This document shows positions 53,170-61,867 of a stretch of 64,000 bases of DNA, one piece after another; position 1 is the first letter of the stretch; each line of letters opens with the position of its first letter. Source of the stretch: a virus (taxonomy: Duplodnaviria; Caudoviricetes); the IMG/VR virus record IMGVR_UViG_3300009370_002257, positions 1-64,000 of that record; one strand, given 5' to 3'. Under the pieces are notes generated by a model. It had not been told where the DNA came from. It made no database searches and saw only the letters and a program-made list of their open reading frames with translations. Made by a program: the position numbers and the translations under genes.

Positions 53170-54148
53170 GAAGAAAACAGTATACTTATCTGCCTCGCGG
53201 ATCAAAACCTTAGAGAGTTGTAGCTGGCTTTACTGGGGAAAATATCACCTTCACCTTCCCGACACGGGAAATGACGGGGCTGCTCGCGGCACAGTGTGCC
53301 ATAGAATATTTGAGCTATTATTGTCCGAAAAGAACTTTAAATATTTCGAATTGATTATGTCAGAGAAATCTACCGCAGCCTGCAAGGCTGTTTGTAGATT
53401 AGTCAGGATACTCCTCAAGAAAGAGGGTTTCTACAACGAAGAAAACTACGACCTGTGCTTGGATATGATCCTCACCGGTCTAAAGTGTGACTTCTTTGGC
53501 TCCGAAGACCTAATATACGGAGAGCCGTACATAGAACGCCCAGAGGAGGCGTTCAAAATTGAAAATAAAAAACCTGTCTGGAATGCTAGGGGCTTCATAG
53601 ACAAACCCATACAGTACAAAGACACGAGAACCCTCAAGATTGTAGATTATAAGAGTAGTAAGATGAAATTTAGAGGGGAAGAGCTTACGGGTAACGTACA
53701 AGCCATGATGTACACATTAGCCGCGCACAAAATATGGCCAGACAAGTTCGACAAAGTGATTGTTCAATTCCTGTTCATCAAATTCCCCAGATCACCCATT
53801 CAAGAGCTAGAGTTTTCCAAAGAGGAACTCAAAGGCTTCGAGCTTTACTTAGAGTATGTAAATAAAATAGTCTCTAAGTTCGATGAGAGAAGCGCACAGA
53901 CCAACTTCGCGATAGATGGTGGTTGGAAAACTAAATGGATGTGCGGCCCTACCAAAAGTGGCTGGGAATGCCCCATTAAAAAGCCTTTTGATTATTATAA
54001 TCTTGTAGACGAAAAAGGCAATTTCATAAAGAGCTCCTTCGAAGACGACTTAGTGCCAGAAAAAGGGCAGAAAGTGGAGAAAAAGTCTTACGAAGGTTGT
54101 CCAAAATTTCAAAATATTTCAGAGGAAGAAGACCCATTTAATCTTTGA
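53162..54148 (+). CDS. PD-(D/E)xK nuclease, Cas4/AddB-like
   Basis: LSASRI...C, GTVCH, GFIDK, IVDYKS, QAMMY, C-terminal Cys cluster. Confidence 0.85.
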   Translation: MPKKKTVYLSASRIKTLESCSWLYWGKYHLHLPDTGNDGAARGTVCHRIFELLLSEKNFKYFELIMSEKSTAACKAVCRLVRILLKKEGFYNEENYDLCLDMILTGLKCDFFGSEDLIYGEPYIERPEEAFKIENKKPVWNARGFIDKPIQYKDTRTLKIVDYKSSKMKFRGEELTGNVQAMMYTLAAHKIWPDKFDKVIVQFLFIKFPRSPIQELEFSKEELKGFELYLEYVNKIVSKFDERSAQTNFAIDGGWKTKWMCGPTKSGWECPIKKPFDYYNLVDEKGNFIKSSFEDDLVPEKGQKVEKKSYEGCPKFQNISEEEDPFNL

Positions 54149-54173
54149 CAAGATGGTAAATTTCCTTTAGTCT
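54145..54173 (+). promoter_or_regulatory. sigma70-type promoter with GTAA spacer motif
   Basis: TTGACA-agatgGTAAatttcctt(17)-TAGTCT, then 7 nt to ATG 54181. Confidence 0.75.
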
Positions 54174-54180
54174 TATAGAA

Positions 54181-54948
54181 ATGGTAATTCCAATTTTCAA
54201 AAGTCACTATTCGATAGGAAGGAGCGTTCTCACCCTAGAGAAGCCCGTAGACGTTATTAAAGATGGCCCAGACTCTATTATTGATCTGTGCAAAAAGAAT
54301 GGTATAGATAACCTTTACTTGGTAGAAGATTCCATGGGAGGGTTCCTTCAGGGCTACATCAACTCTGCGGAAGCGGGGTTGAATTTTCGCTTTGGGTTAA
54401 GGCTTACCGTCTGCGACGACATGCTTCAGAAAGACGAAGAGTCTAAGCTTCGATGCAGCAAATACATTATATTCGCCAACAACAAGGAGGGCTACCATAG
54501 GCTAATTAAAATAAATACTACTGCTTCTAAGGATGGTTTTTACTATAACCCTAGGGCGGATTTTAAAACTTTAAAAAAACATTGGGATGATAATGATCTT
54601 TCCTTATGTATCCCATTTTACGACTCGTTCCTGCATAGGAATGCGATCCATGGGACGTTATGTGTTCCCAATTTTGACTTTACAAACCCGACCTTCTTCA
54701 TTGAGGATAACGATTTATACATTGATCAAGTAATCCGCAAACACATAGAGAAGCACTGCGAGGATGGGTGCGAATCTCAGGAGGTGAAGAGCATTTACTA
54801 TAAAACTAGAAAAGATTTTAAGTCCTATCTGACTTTTAGGTGCATTAACAACAGATCAACCCTAGACAAGCCAGAGCTAGAAGGAATGAACAGCGCTGAG
54901 TTTTGCCTTCAAAGCTGGAAGGAATCCAATGGACGAGCACTTGCTTAG
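54181..54948 (+). CDS. stand-alone PHP domain of DNA polymerase III alpha
   Basis: KSHYSIGRS, VEDSMGG, GLRL, EGYHRLIKINT, YYNPRAD. Confidence 0.85.
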   Translation: MVIPIFKSHYSIGRSVLTLEKPVDVIKDGPDSIIDLCKKNGIDNLYLVEDSMGGFLQGYINSAEAGLNFRFGLRLTVCDDMLQKDEESKLRCSKYIIFANNKEGYHRLIKINTTASKDGFYYNPRADFKTLKKHWDDNDLSLCIPFYDSFLHRNAIHGTLCVPNFDFTNPTFFIEDNDLYIDQVIRKHIEKHCEDGCESQEVKSIYYKTRKDFKSYLTFRCINNRSTLDKPELEGMNSAEFCLQSWKESNGRALA

Positions 54949-55567
54949 ATTTGACAACGATAAGTTGTTTGTGTTTCTCGACTTCGAGACAGAGAACTTA
55001 TGCCTTAATTTCGTGCACAACATGCCATGGCAGCTTGCCATGATTAAATCTAAAGGCGGCAAGAAGATAGCCGAAAAAAATTACCACATTAAATGGGATA
55101 GGGAAATTAATGTAAGCGCGGACGCAGCAAGAATCACGGGGTTCAATAAAAAGAAGTACGAGAAATTAGCGGAGCCATACAACGAATTGTTCCCAACAGT
55201 AGACGACTGGCTTACGTCAGCGGATTACATTGTTGGACATAATATTCTTGGCTTCGATATTCATCTACTCAAAGAGTACTATAGAAAAATGGGCGTCTCT
55301 GATGAGCACTTGCTAGAAAAGTTCCTAGATACTAATGCCTTAGCGAAGGGCATTAAGTTCGGCCTCCCGTACACAAAGGGGGAGAGCCTCATAGAGTACC
55401 AATACAGGGCACACAACAAAAGAAAGAGGGGGGTGAGGACAAATCTTGACGCCCTAGCAAAAGACTACGACATTAAATACGAAAAAAGCAAAAGACACGA
55501 CGCGCTTTACGACCTAGAACTCAACCTGATGGTTTGGAACAAACTAAAACACAACATAGAAATTTAA
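54929..55567 (+). CDS. DEDDh 3'-5' exonuclease (DnaQ-like)
   Basis: FLDFETE, GHNILGFD, LDT, HDALYD. Confidence 0.9.
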   Translation: MDEHLLRFDNDKLFVFLDFETENLCLNFVHNMPWQLAMIKSKGGKKIAEKNYHIKWDREINVSADAARITGFNKKKYEKLAEPYNELFPTVDDWLTSADYIVGHNILGFDIHLLKEYYRKMGVSDEHLLEKFLDTNALAKGIKFGLPYTKGESLIEYQYRAHNKRKRGVRTNLDALAKDYDIKYEKSKRHDALYDLELNLMVWNKLKHNIEI

Positions 55568-58125
55568 TGGCGAGTTTCATCAATAAATTCGAGGACTATA
55601 ACCTAGGCATACACGGCGTTAGGCTTCCTAATTTTCATATCGAAAATAAGTATAAGCGCCAGATCGGGGTCAGCGAGGATTGCTCTAATATAGAATTCCT
55701 CAAAGCTATGGCCAGCAAGGGCTTTAAGAAGCTCGGGGTTAGAAAGGGTACGAAAGCATACAAAGAGTATCAGGCAAGAGCTAGGTACGAGCTTGAAACC
55801 TTAGAAGAATTAGGTTTCATTGATTATATCTTGCTGGTTTGGGATGTAGTAAACTTTTGCAAGGAGAGCGACATTCCGATTGGTCGCGGTCGTGGTAGCG
55901 CGGCAGGAAGTCTTATCTTGTTCCTTATCGGAGCCACTGGTATCGACCCAATTAGGTATGGTTTATATTTCGAGAGATTTATCTCCAAGATTCGGGCAAA
56001 AAAACAAGTTGTAGATGGAATCACCTATCTTGATGGCTCCCTGATGTGTGACGTAGATATCGACGTATGCTACTACAAACGCCAAGAAGTTCTTAAATAT
56101 CTTGAAGAGAAATTTGAAGGAAAAACATCTAAAATCCTGACCCTCAACACTCTTAGCGGCAAGCTCCTAATGAAGGAGTGCGGTAAGATCGTGTCTGCGC
56201 GGCCCGAGGGGGAGATGAACCAAGTTACGGCTCTCATACCCAAAACCTACGGCATAGTACAGGATATCGGCGAGGCCTACGATGAAGTAGAAAAATTCAA
56301 AGAGTGGTGTGACGAGAATAAAGAGTCCTATGACGTAGCCCTCAAGCTCAGGGGGCTCATTAAAAACAAGGGGGTACATGCCTCGGCAATATCTTTATCC
56401 TTTGATAAGATGGAAGACTCTTGCCCGACAGAGCTTTCCTCAGACAAGAGTTCGGTCTCTAGTTACGACATGAATTGGGTGTCCATGTTTAATGTTAAGC
56501 TAGATATTTTAGGCTTACGTAGCGCCTCGGTTGTCCACGATGTTTGTAAGCAGGTCGGGATAGAAATGACCGAGATTGACCTAGACGATAATTTTATTTA
56601 CCAAAACCTGCAAGACCTGAGAACGCCTCACGGCTTATTCCAGATTGAGGCGGACACAAACTATAAAGTATGCAGAAAAGTTATGCCGAAATCTCTCAGC
56701 GAGCTAAGCGCGGTACTTGCCCTAGGCAGGCCGGGAGCTATGTCGTTCGTAGATCAATACGCAAGTTACTCAAATACCCAGACTTACGAGGCAATCCATC
56801 CATTTTTCGATACAATTCTTAAAGAGACCGGTGGCGTGGCCCTATATCAAGAGCAGTTGATGAAAATGGCGCACGAGATAGGCTTTACGCTTGACGAGGC
56901 GGAAATTCTCCGTCGTATCGTAGGCAAAAAGAAGGTGGCAGAGGTAAGAAAATGGAAGAAGAAAATCAAAGACAAAGTAGCAGAGAACAATCTGGAAAAA
57001 GAAGTGGGAGATATCCTCTGGAGCGTCCTCGAAGATAGCGCGAATTATTCTTTCAACAAGTCCCACTCTATCGCGTATGCTGCCCTATCTGCTTCCACGA
57101 TATATCTCAAATTTAAGCACCCGCAGCAGTTCTTCTTGTCGTTGCTAAAAATGACTAGGCATGAGCCAGATCCTACTACAGAAATCTCCAAGATCGAAAA
57201 GGAGTTGCAGTATTTTGGCATCAAATTGCTACCCCCTCACATCACAAAGTCGGAGATGGACTTCAGCATTGAGGGTCAAAACATTCGGTTTGGATTACTG
57301 TCAATCAAAGGTATTTCGGAAAAGAAGATAGAAAAAATTAACCAATTTAGGGATGAGTATTCCTCTAAATTCGAGATATTCCAAGCGGCGACTGAAGCTA
57401 AAATAGACATAGGAACACTCTCCGCCCTTATCCAAGCGGGTGCGCTCGAGGATGGCTTCAAGCAGTCGAGAAGCAAGGTCGTGTTAGAGGCTCAATTATG
57501 GAATCTACTAAAAGTGAGGGAGAGAAAATACTCCATCCAGCTTTCAAGTAAATTTGATAATGATCTTATAAAAATAATTAAATATTTAATGGAGTACCAA
57601 GATGAGAAGGGCAAAGAGATCATTAAAGAAAGCAGGTATGAGACGATTAAGAAGCACTATAAGCCATATCTTGATATTTATATGTTAAACAGTAAGTCAG
57701 AGAGATTTGCTAATTGGTATTATGAGAAAATTTTATTAGGGTATACCTACAATGTCCCACTCAGAGACATTTTCCTAGAGAAGCAACCCGAATTATGCTC
57801 TGTTAGGGACGCGTTGGAGGCGGAAATCGGGGAAAGCCTTATATTCGCTGCGTGGGTAGATGATTGTTGGTCTGGCACCTCCAAAGCTAAGGGTACAAAA
57901 TATCAAAAGCTCATAGTCTCAGACGAAACAGGCATCATGAACACAATGATTTTCTCCAAGAAGATGGAGGAATGCCAATTAATGAATGACGGTCTTGCAC
58001 AAAAGAAAAACATTGTTATAGTAAGGGGGAGGAAGTTCGAAGACGTGGTTTTCGCAGATGTTATCGGTGTCCAAGATAATAAAGTTTACACAAAACTCTC
58101 AGAACTCAAGAAAGTTAAGGCTTGA
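55567..58125 (+). CDS. dnaE: DNA polymerase III alpha catalytic core (lacks PHP)
   Basis: Start 55567 (TAATG overlap); GRGRGSAAGS, FERF, DVDID, GVHA, KLDILGL, LYQEQ, YSFNKSHS, RFGL..IKG. Confidence 0.95.
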   Translation: MASFINKFEDYNLGIHGVRLPNFHIENKYKRQIGVSEDCSNIEFLKAMASKGFKKLGVRKGTKAYKEYQARARYELETLEELGFIDYILLVWDVVNFCKESDIPIGRGRGSAAGSLILFLIGATGIDPIRYGLYFERFISKIRAKKQVVDGITYLDGSLMCDVDIDVCYYKRQEVLKYLEEKFEGKTSKILTLNTLSGKLLMKECGKIVSARPEGEMNQVTALIPKTYGIVQDIGEAYDEVEKFKEWCDENKESYDVALKLRGLIKNKGVHASAISLSFDKMEDSCPTELSSDKSSVSSYDMNWVSMFNVKLDILGLRSASVVHDVCKQVGIEMTEIDLDDNFIYQNLQDLRTPHGLFQIEADTNYKVCRKVMPKSLSELSAVLALGRPGAMSFVDQYASYSNTQTYEAIHPFFDTILKETGGVALYQEQLMKMAHEIGFTLDEAEILRRIVGKKKVAEVRKWKKKIKDKVAENNLEKEVGDILWSVLEDSANYSFNKSHSIAYAALSASTIYLKFKHPQQFFLSLLKMTRHEPDPTTEISKIEKELQYFGIKLLPPHITKSEMDFSIEGQNIRFGLLSIKGISEKKIEKINQFRDEYSSKFEIFQAATEAKIDIGTLSALIQAGALEDGFKQSRSKVVLEAQLWNLLKVRERKYSIQLSSKFDNDLIKIIKYLMEYQDEKGKEIIKESRYETIKKHYKPYLDIYMLNSKSERFANWYYEKILLGYTYNVPLRDIFLEKQPELCSVRDALEAEIGESLIFAAWVDDCWSGTSKAKGTKYQKLIVSDETGIMNTMIFSKKMEECQLMNDGLAQKKNIVIVRGRKFEDVVFADVIGVQDNKVYTKLSELKKVKA

Positions 58126-58150
58126 CAATACAGTAAAAGAAAGGCAATAT
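58122..58150 (+). promoter_or_regulatory. sigma70-type promoter with GTAA spacer motif
   Basis: TTGACA-atacaGTAAaagaaagg(17)-CAATAT, then 5 nt to ATG 58156. Confidence 0.7.
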
Positions 58151-58155
58151 AAGAT

Positions 58156-58719
58156 ATGATTCAATTCTACAAACCGAACCCCAAGGTGACAGGAACCGCT
58201 TGTTCATTTTGGATTAACAGAGACGGCTCAGTCATGGCCTCTATGATCAAACAAGATTCTTGGAATAGTGACCGCAAGATTGGCTCCTTCGCTAAGAATA
58301 AAAACAATCCAACCAAACGAGTGATCACTAAATTAGGTCGCCAAGAAGTGGCGGGGATCATAGATTGTCTGGAAACGAATAGGGAATTCAGCACCTACCA
58401 CAGCAGCGCTAAACAAGTGTTACAGATGAAGTTTTGCCCCTACATCAGAAACGGTGACCAAATAGGATTTTCCTTTGCGATCAATAAGCAGGACAAGGAA
58501 GATTCCACTGCCAAGACGGGCTTTATCATTGGCTTTACATTTCCAGAGGGCAGGCTTCTCCGGCACGACTTAGAACTTTTCTTAGACAAAACAGTAAATG
58601 TCAGAGAAGATATTGAGGAAGAACCATCGCCCCCCACCCCGCAACAACCAGTGGTCAAGGTCACAGATTTAGATCGAGAGGGCGTGCTGGAAAACGAAGA
58701 CGACGACGAACCTTGGTAA
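58156..58719 (+). CDS. putative ssDNA-binding protein
   Basis: Follows dnaE; basic/aromatic core, Pro-rich linker, acidic tail ending EDDDEPW. Confidence 0.5.
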   Translation: MIQFYKPNPKVTGTACSFWINRDGSVMASMIKQDSWNSDRKIGSFAKNKNNPTKRVITKLGRQEVAGIIDCLETNREFSTYHSSAKQVLQMKFCPYIRNGDQIGFSFAINKQDKEDSTAKTGFIIGFTFPEGRLLRHDLELFLDKTVNVREDIEEEPSPPTPQQPVVKVTDLDREGVLENEDDDEPW

Positions 58720-58720
58720 A

Positions 58721-60649
58721 ATGAGTGAAAAAATAAAAGTACTTGTCCAAAGCGATTTCTCTTTGGCTAAAACAGGTTTTGCGCGTAACGCCAAGGCCAT
58801 TTTATCTTACCTATACAGGACAGGTAAATACGATATAGTACATTATTGCTGTGGCGTAAATTATTCTAACCCGCACCTTCAAGCTACCCCTTGGAAATCA
58901 ATTGGCTGCCTACCAGATAGTCAATTAGAGATGGAAATGTTACAAAAAGACCCAGCCGTCTCAAAACTAGCCAGTTACGGAGCTCACTTTTTAGATAAAG
59001 TTATCAAAGATGAAAAGCCAGATGTATATATTGCAGTGCAAGATATTTGGGGGGTAGATTTCGCAATAGATAAACCTTGGTTTTCCGAAATTAACTCTGT
59101 TATTTGGACGACTTTAGACTCGTTACCGATTCTTCCGTCTGCAATTTCTAACGCGAAAAAAATAAAAAACTATTGGATATGGAGTAACTTCGCTACCAAG
59201 GTTTTTCACAAGGAAGGCCATGAGCACGTAAAAACTTTACATGGGGCGCTTGAAGATGAAGCTTTCCACAAGCTGCCAGACTCTACGAGGTTAGAGCTTA
59301 GGAAAAAATTTAATATTCCCAAAGACGCTTATGTAATTGGGTTTGTTTTCAGGAATCAACTCAGGAAATCTGTCCCCAATTTATTACAAGGATATAAACT
59401 TTTTAAAGATAGAAACCCAAAAGCCAAAACAAGGCTATTACTTCACACCCATTTTGGTGAGGGCTGGAATATATTGAGACTAGCAAAAGAGCACGGGGTA
59501 CCTGTAGATGAAATCATATGCACATACGCTTGCCAAAAATGCAGTGCTTACGAAGTCAAAGTTTTTGAAGGGCAAGATAGGCAATGCCCGAATTGCGGGG
59601 CGGAAAAGGCCCAAGTTACCGCACAGGTTGGTTGTGGCGTTACAGAGCCCCAGCTTAATGAGGTTTATAATTTGATGGATGTTTATTGCCACCCTTTCAC
59701 CTCGGGAGGGCAAGAGATTCCGATTCAAGAAGCCAAGTTGACGGAGTTAATCACCCTAGTGACTGACTATAGCTGCGGCGAAGACATGTGCGTGAAAGAT
59801 GCTGCTTCATTACCCCTAGAGTGGAGTGAATACAGGGAGGCAGGAACAGAATTCATCAAAGCTTCGACTTGCCCCAAGTCTATAGCTAAAAATCTTAAGA
59901 AGGTTTTCGCAATGAAGCCTCAAGATAGAGAAAAAATGGGCAAACAGGCCAGAAAATTTACTATAGAAAATTATTCCGTAAAAGTTTTAGGGGAACAAAT
60001 AGAGAAGTTCTTAGATTCTTGCGAAAAAACCTCCTACGACTTTTCCTGTGCTGTTCTGCAAAAAAACCCTGCAGCAGAAATACCAGACATCCCAAGCGAT
60101 GGCGACTGGTTGAAATTTATGTACAAAAACATCCTCAAAATGGATGTAGATGAGAATGATGAAGGTCATAAATACTGGACGCAGGAAATTTCGAAGGGAA
60201 TCAAAAGAAAAGCTATTGAAGAGTACTTCAGGCAAGTCGCGAATAAAGAAAACGAGGGGCAGAAGACTACGAGCCTTAGAGACTTAGTAGACGACACGGG
60301 GAACAAGAGGATGCTCTTAGTGCTGAAGGAGTCTATAGGAGACGTTGTTCTCGCCACCGCCCTATTTGAAGATATTAAAAATAGATACCCAGATCACGAT
60401 TTATACATAGCGACAGACCCCCTATACTTTGAGCTCTTAGAGCCGAATCCTTTCATACACAAAGTCATTCCGTATGCCCCCATGCTTGAGTCAGAGCTTA
60501 ATGTAATTCACAGGGGGCGCGTTTCCGATAAGCGGGAGGACGAGCAACACGGAGTCTTCGACGTGTATTGTAACCTCCCCATAATGACTCAGAAAGTCTT
60601 GAATTACCTAACTAATAATAACCCCTCTTTTGAACTCGTTAATAGATAA
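58721..60649 (+). CDS. multidomain glycosyltransferase (GT4 + Zn ribbon + DUF4214-like + GT9-like end)
   Basis: FRNQLRKS, CQKC...CPNC, HPFTSGGQEIPIQEA, DEGHKYW..EI.KG..R, ESIGDVVLAT. Confidence 0.8.
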   Translation: MSEKIKVLVQSDFSLAKTGFARNAKAILSYLYRTGKYDIVHYCCGVNYSNPHLQATPWKSIGCLPDSQLEMEMLQKDPAVSKLASYGAHFLDKVIKDEKPDVYIAVQDIWGVDFAIDKPWFSEINSVIWTTLDSLPILPSAISNAKKIKNYWIWSNFATKVFHKEGHEHVKTLHGALEDEAFHKLPDSTRLELRKKFNIPKDAYVIGFVFRNQLRKSVPNLLQGYKLFKDRNPKAKTRLLLHTHFGEGWNILRLAKEHGVPVDEIICTYACQKCSAYEVKVFEGQDRQCPNCGAEKAQVTAQVGCGVTEPQLNEVYNLMDVYCHPFTSGGQEIPIQEAKLTELITLVTDYSCGEDMCVKDAASLPLEWSEYREAGTEFIKASTCPKSIAKNLKKVFAMKPQDREKMGKQARKFTIENYSVKVLGEQIEKFLDSCEKTSYDFSCAVLQKNPAAEIPDIPSDGDWLKFMYKNILKMDVDENDEGHKYWTQEISKGIKRKAIEEYFRQVANKENEGQKTTSLRDLVDDTGNKRMLLVLKESIGDVVLATALFEDIKNRYPDHDLYIATDPLYFELLEPNPFIHKVIPYAPMLESELNVIHRGRVSDKREDEQHGVFDVYCNLPIMTQKVLNYLTNNNPSFELVNR

Positions 60650-61836
60650 TGCACATAGTCGAAACATACGCCCTCTGCAGCGGTTCTAAAATAAATAAGC
60701 CATTTATTTATACTAAATATACACCCCTGCCCTTTGAAAATTACATAACAATACAGGCCACAGGGAAGGCGCAGTCTAGGGAATATGATTACTGGCAAGA
60801 GGTTGTAGACTCCATCAAACCCACTCTAGATAGAGCAGGGGTAGCAATAGTGCAAGTAGGCGGTAAGGAAGAACCCGCACTCGTCGGATCGTTGCCGCTC
60901 AACGGGCAAACGGATTTAGGCCAATTAGCTTATGTGATATCTAGAGCCAAGTTGCACCTCGGCGTAGACAGTTGTGGTGTGCATATAGCGTCCGCTTTCG
61001 ACACGCCTATCGTGGCAATATATGGGAACTCTTCCCCCTCGTGTTGCGGTCCCTTTTTCGGAGATAAAAAAAAGCAGTCATGCATAACCCCCTTCGACTA
61101 CGAAAACATTTACCCATCTTATTCTAACGTCGAAGAGGATAAGGCTATAAACGCCCTTAAGCCTGAAAAAATTGCCGACGAGACCCTAAGACTGCTGGAC
61201 CTTAAGAGGGAAGGCTCTTCTTATACAACGGTTATGAGGGGGCCAAATTACCCGCACGGAAATATTCAATGCATACCAGATACCGTAACCAATTTTTCTG
61301 ATGGGGCGGTCAATAATATGATCATGAGAATGGATCTAGTCTTCAATCAAGATATTTTAGTAAATCAATTACAAAAAAACCAATGCAGCATAGTCACGAG
61401 AAAGCCAATTGCTTCTGATATTTTCGACAAGTTGAAAGCCAGAGTGACTGAGGTGGTATATTTACTAGATGAGAATCATGACCCCTCCTTCGTGGAAGCT
61501 TTAAAATCTTTTGGTGTAAGCTTCACCCTACTCGCAGAAATGACTGAAAAGGAAATTCAGGCGATCAAAATGTATTACATGGAATTCGGCTTAATATCGC
61601 AGAAAAAAACCCCAAACCCGGAAGACATAGAAGCCCTTAAAGCTGTTGGGGCTGAAAACCTTTTTTATAGATCTAAAAAGTTCTTCGTATCCAAGGGGAA
61701 AATATTTCCGAGCGTAGCAGCTTGGGAGGAAGACCTCGGAGTAGAGGGCGCAAGGGTCAGAACCTTACCCGTCATAGATAAAGACTCCTTCTGGGCCGAG
61801 CTAGAAGATTATTACATTCTTAAAAATAATACTTGA
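60649..61836 (+). CDS. GT9-like glycosyltransferase domain protein
   Basis: YWQEVV, IVQVGG, LAYVISRAKLHLGVDS.GVHIASAFDTPIVAIYG. Confidence 0.78.
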   Translation: MHIVETYALCSGSKINKPFIYTKYTPLPFENYITIQATGKAQSREYDYWQEVVDSIKPTLDRAGVAIVQVGGKEEPALVGSLPLNGQTDLGQLAYVISRAKLHLGVDSCGVHIASAFDTPIVAIYGNSSPSCCGPFFGDKKKQSCITPFDYENIYPSYSNVEEDKAINALKPEKIADETLRLLDLKREGSSYTTVMRGPNYPHGNIQCIPDTVTNFSDGAVNNMIMRMDLVFNQDILVNQLQKNQCSIVTRKPIASDIFDKLKARVTEVVYLLDENHDPSFVEALKSFGVSFTLLAEMTEKEIQAIKMYYMEFGLISQKKTPNPEDIEALKAVGAENLFYRSKKFFVSKGKIFPSVAAWEEDLGVEGARVRTLPVIDKDSFWAELEDYYILKNNT

Positions 61837-61861
61837 TCCAACCGTAAATCCTTTATATAAT
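61833..61861 (+). promoter_or_regulatory. sigma70-type promoter with GTAA spacer motif
   Basis: TTGATC-caaccGTAAatccttta(17)-TATAAT, then 6 nt to ATG 61868. Confidence 0.8.
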
Positions 61862-61867
61862 CAAAAG

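Noticed and set aside
53162-54148. CRISPR-Cas system suggested by the Cas4-like nuclease
   Set aside because: No direct-repeat/spacer array and no other cas genes were seen in the window
27337-58125. Inteins or self-splicing introns in nrdA, nrdB, dnaB, the recombinase or dnaE
   Set aside because: All are of normal length with contiguous motifs; no splice-junction or LAGLIDADG/HNH signatures seen
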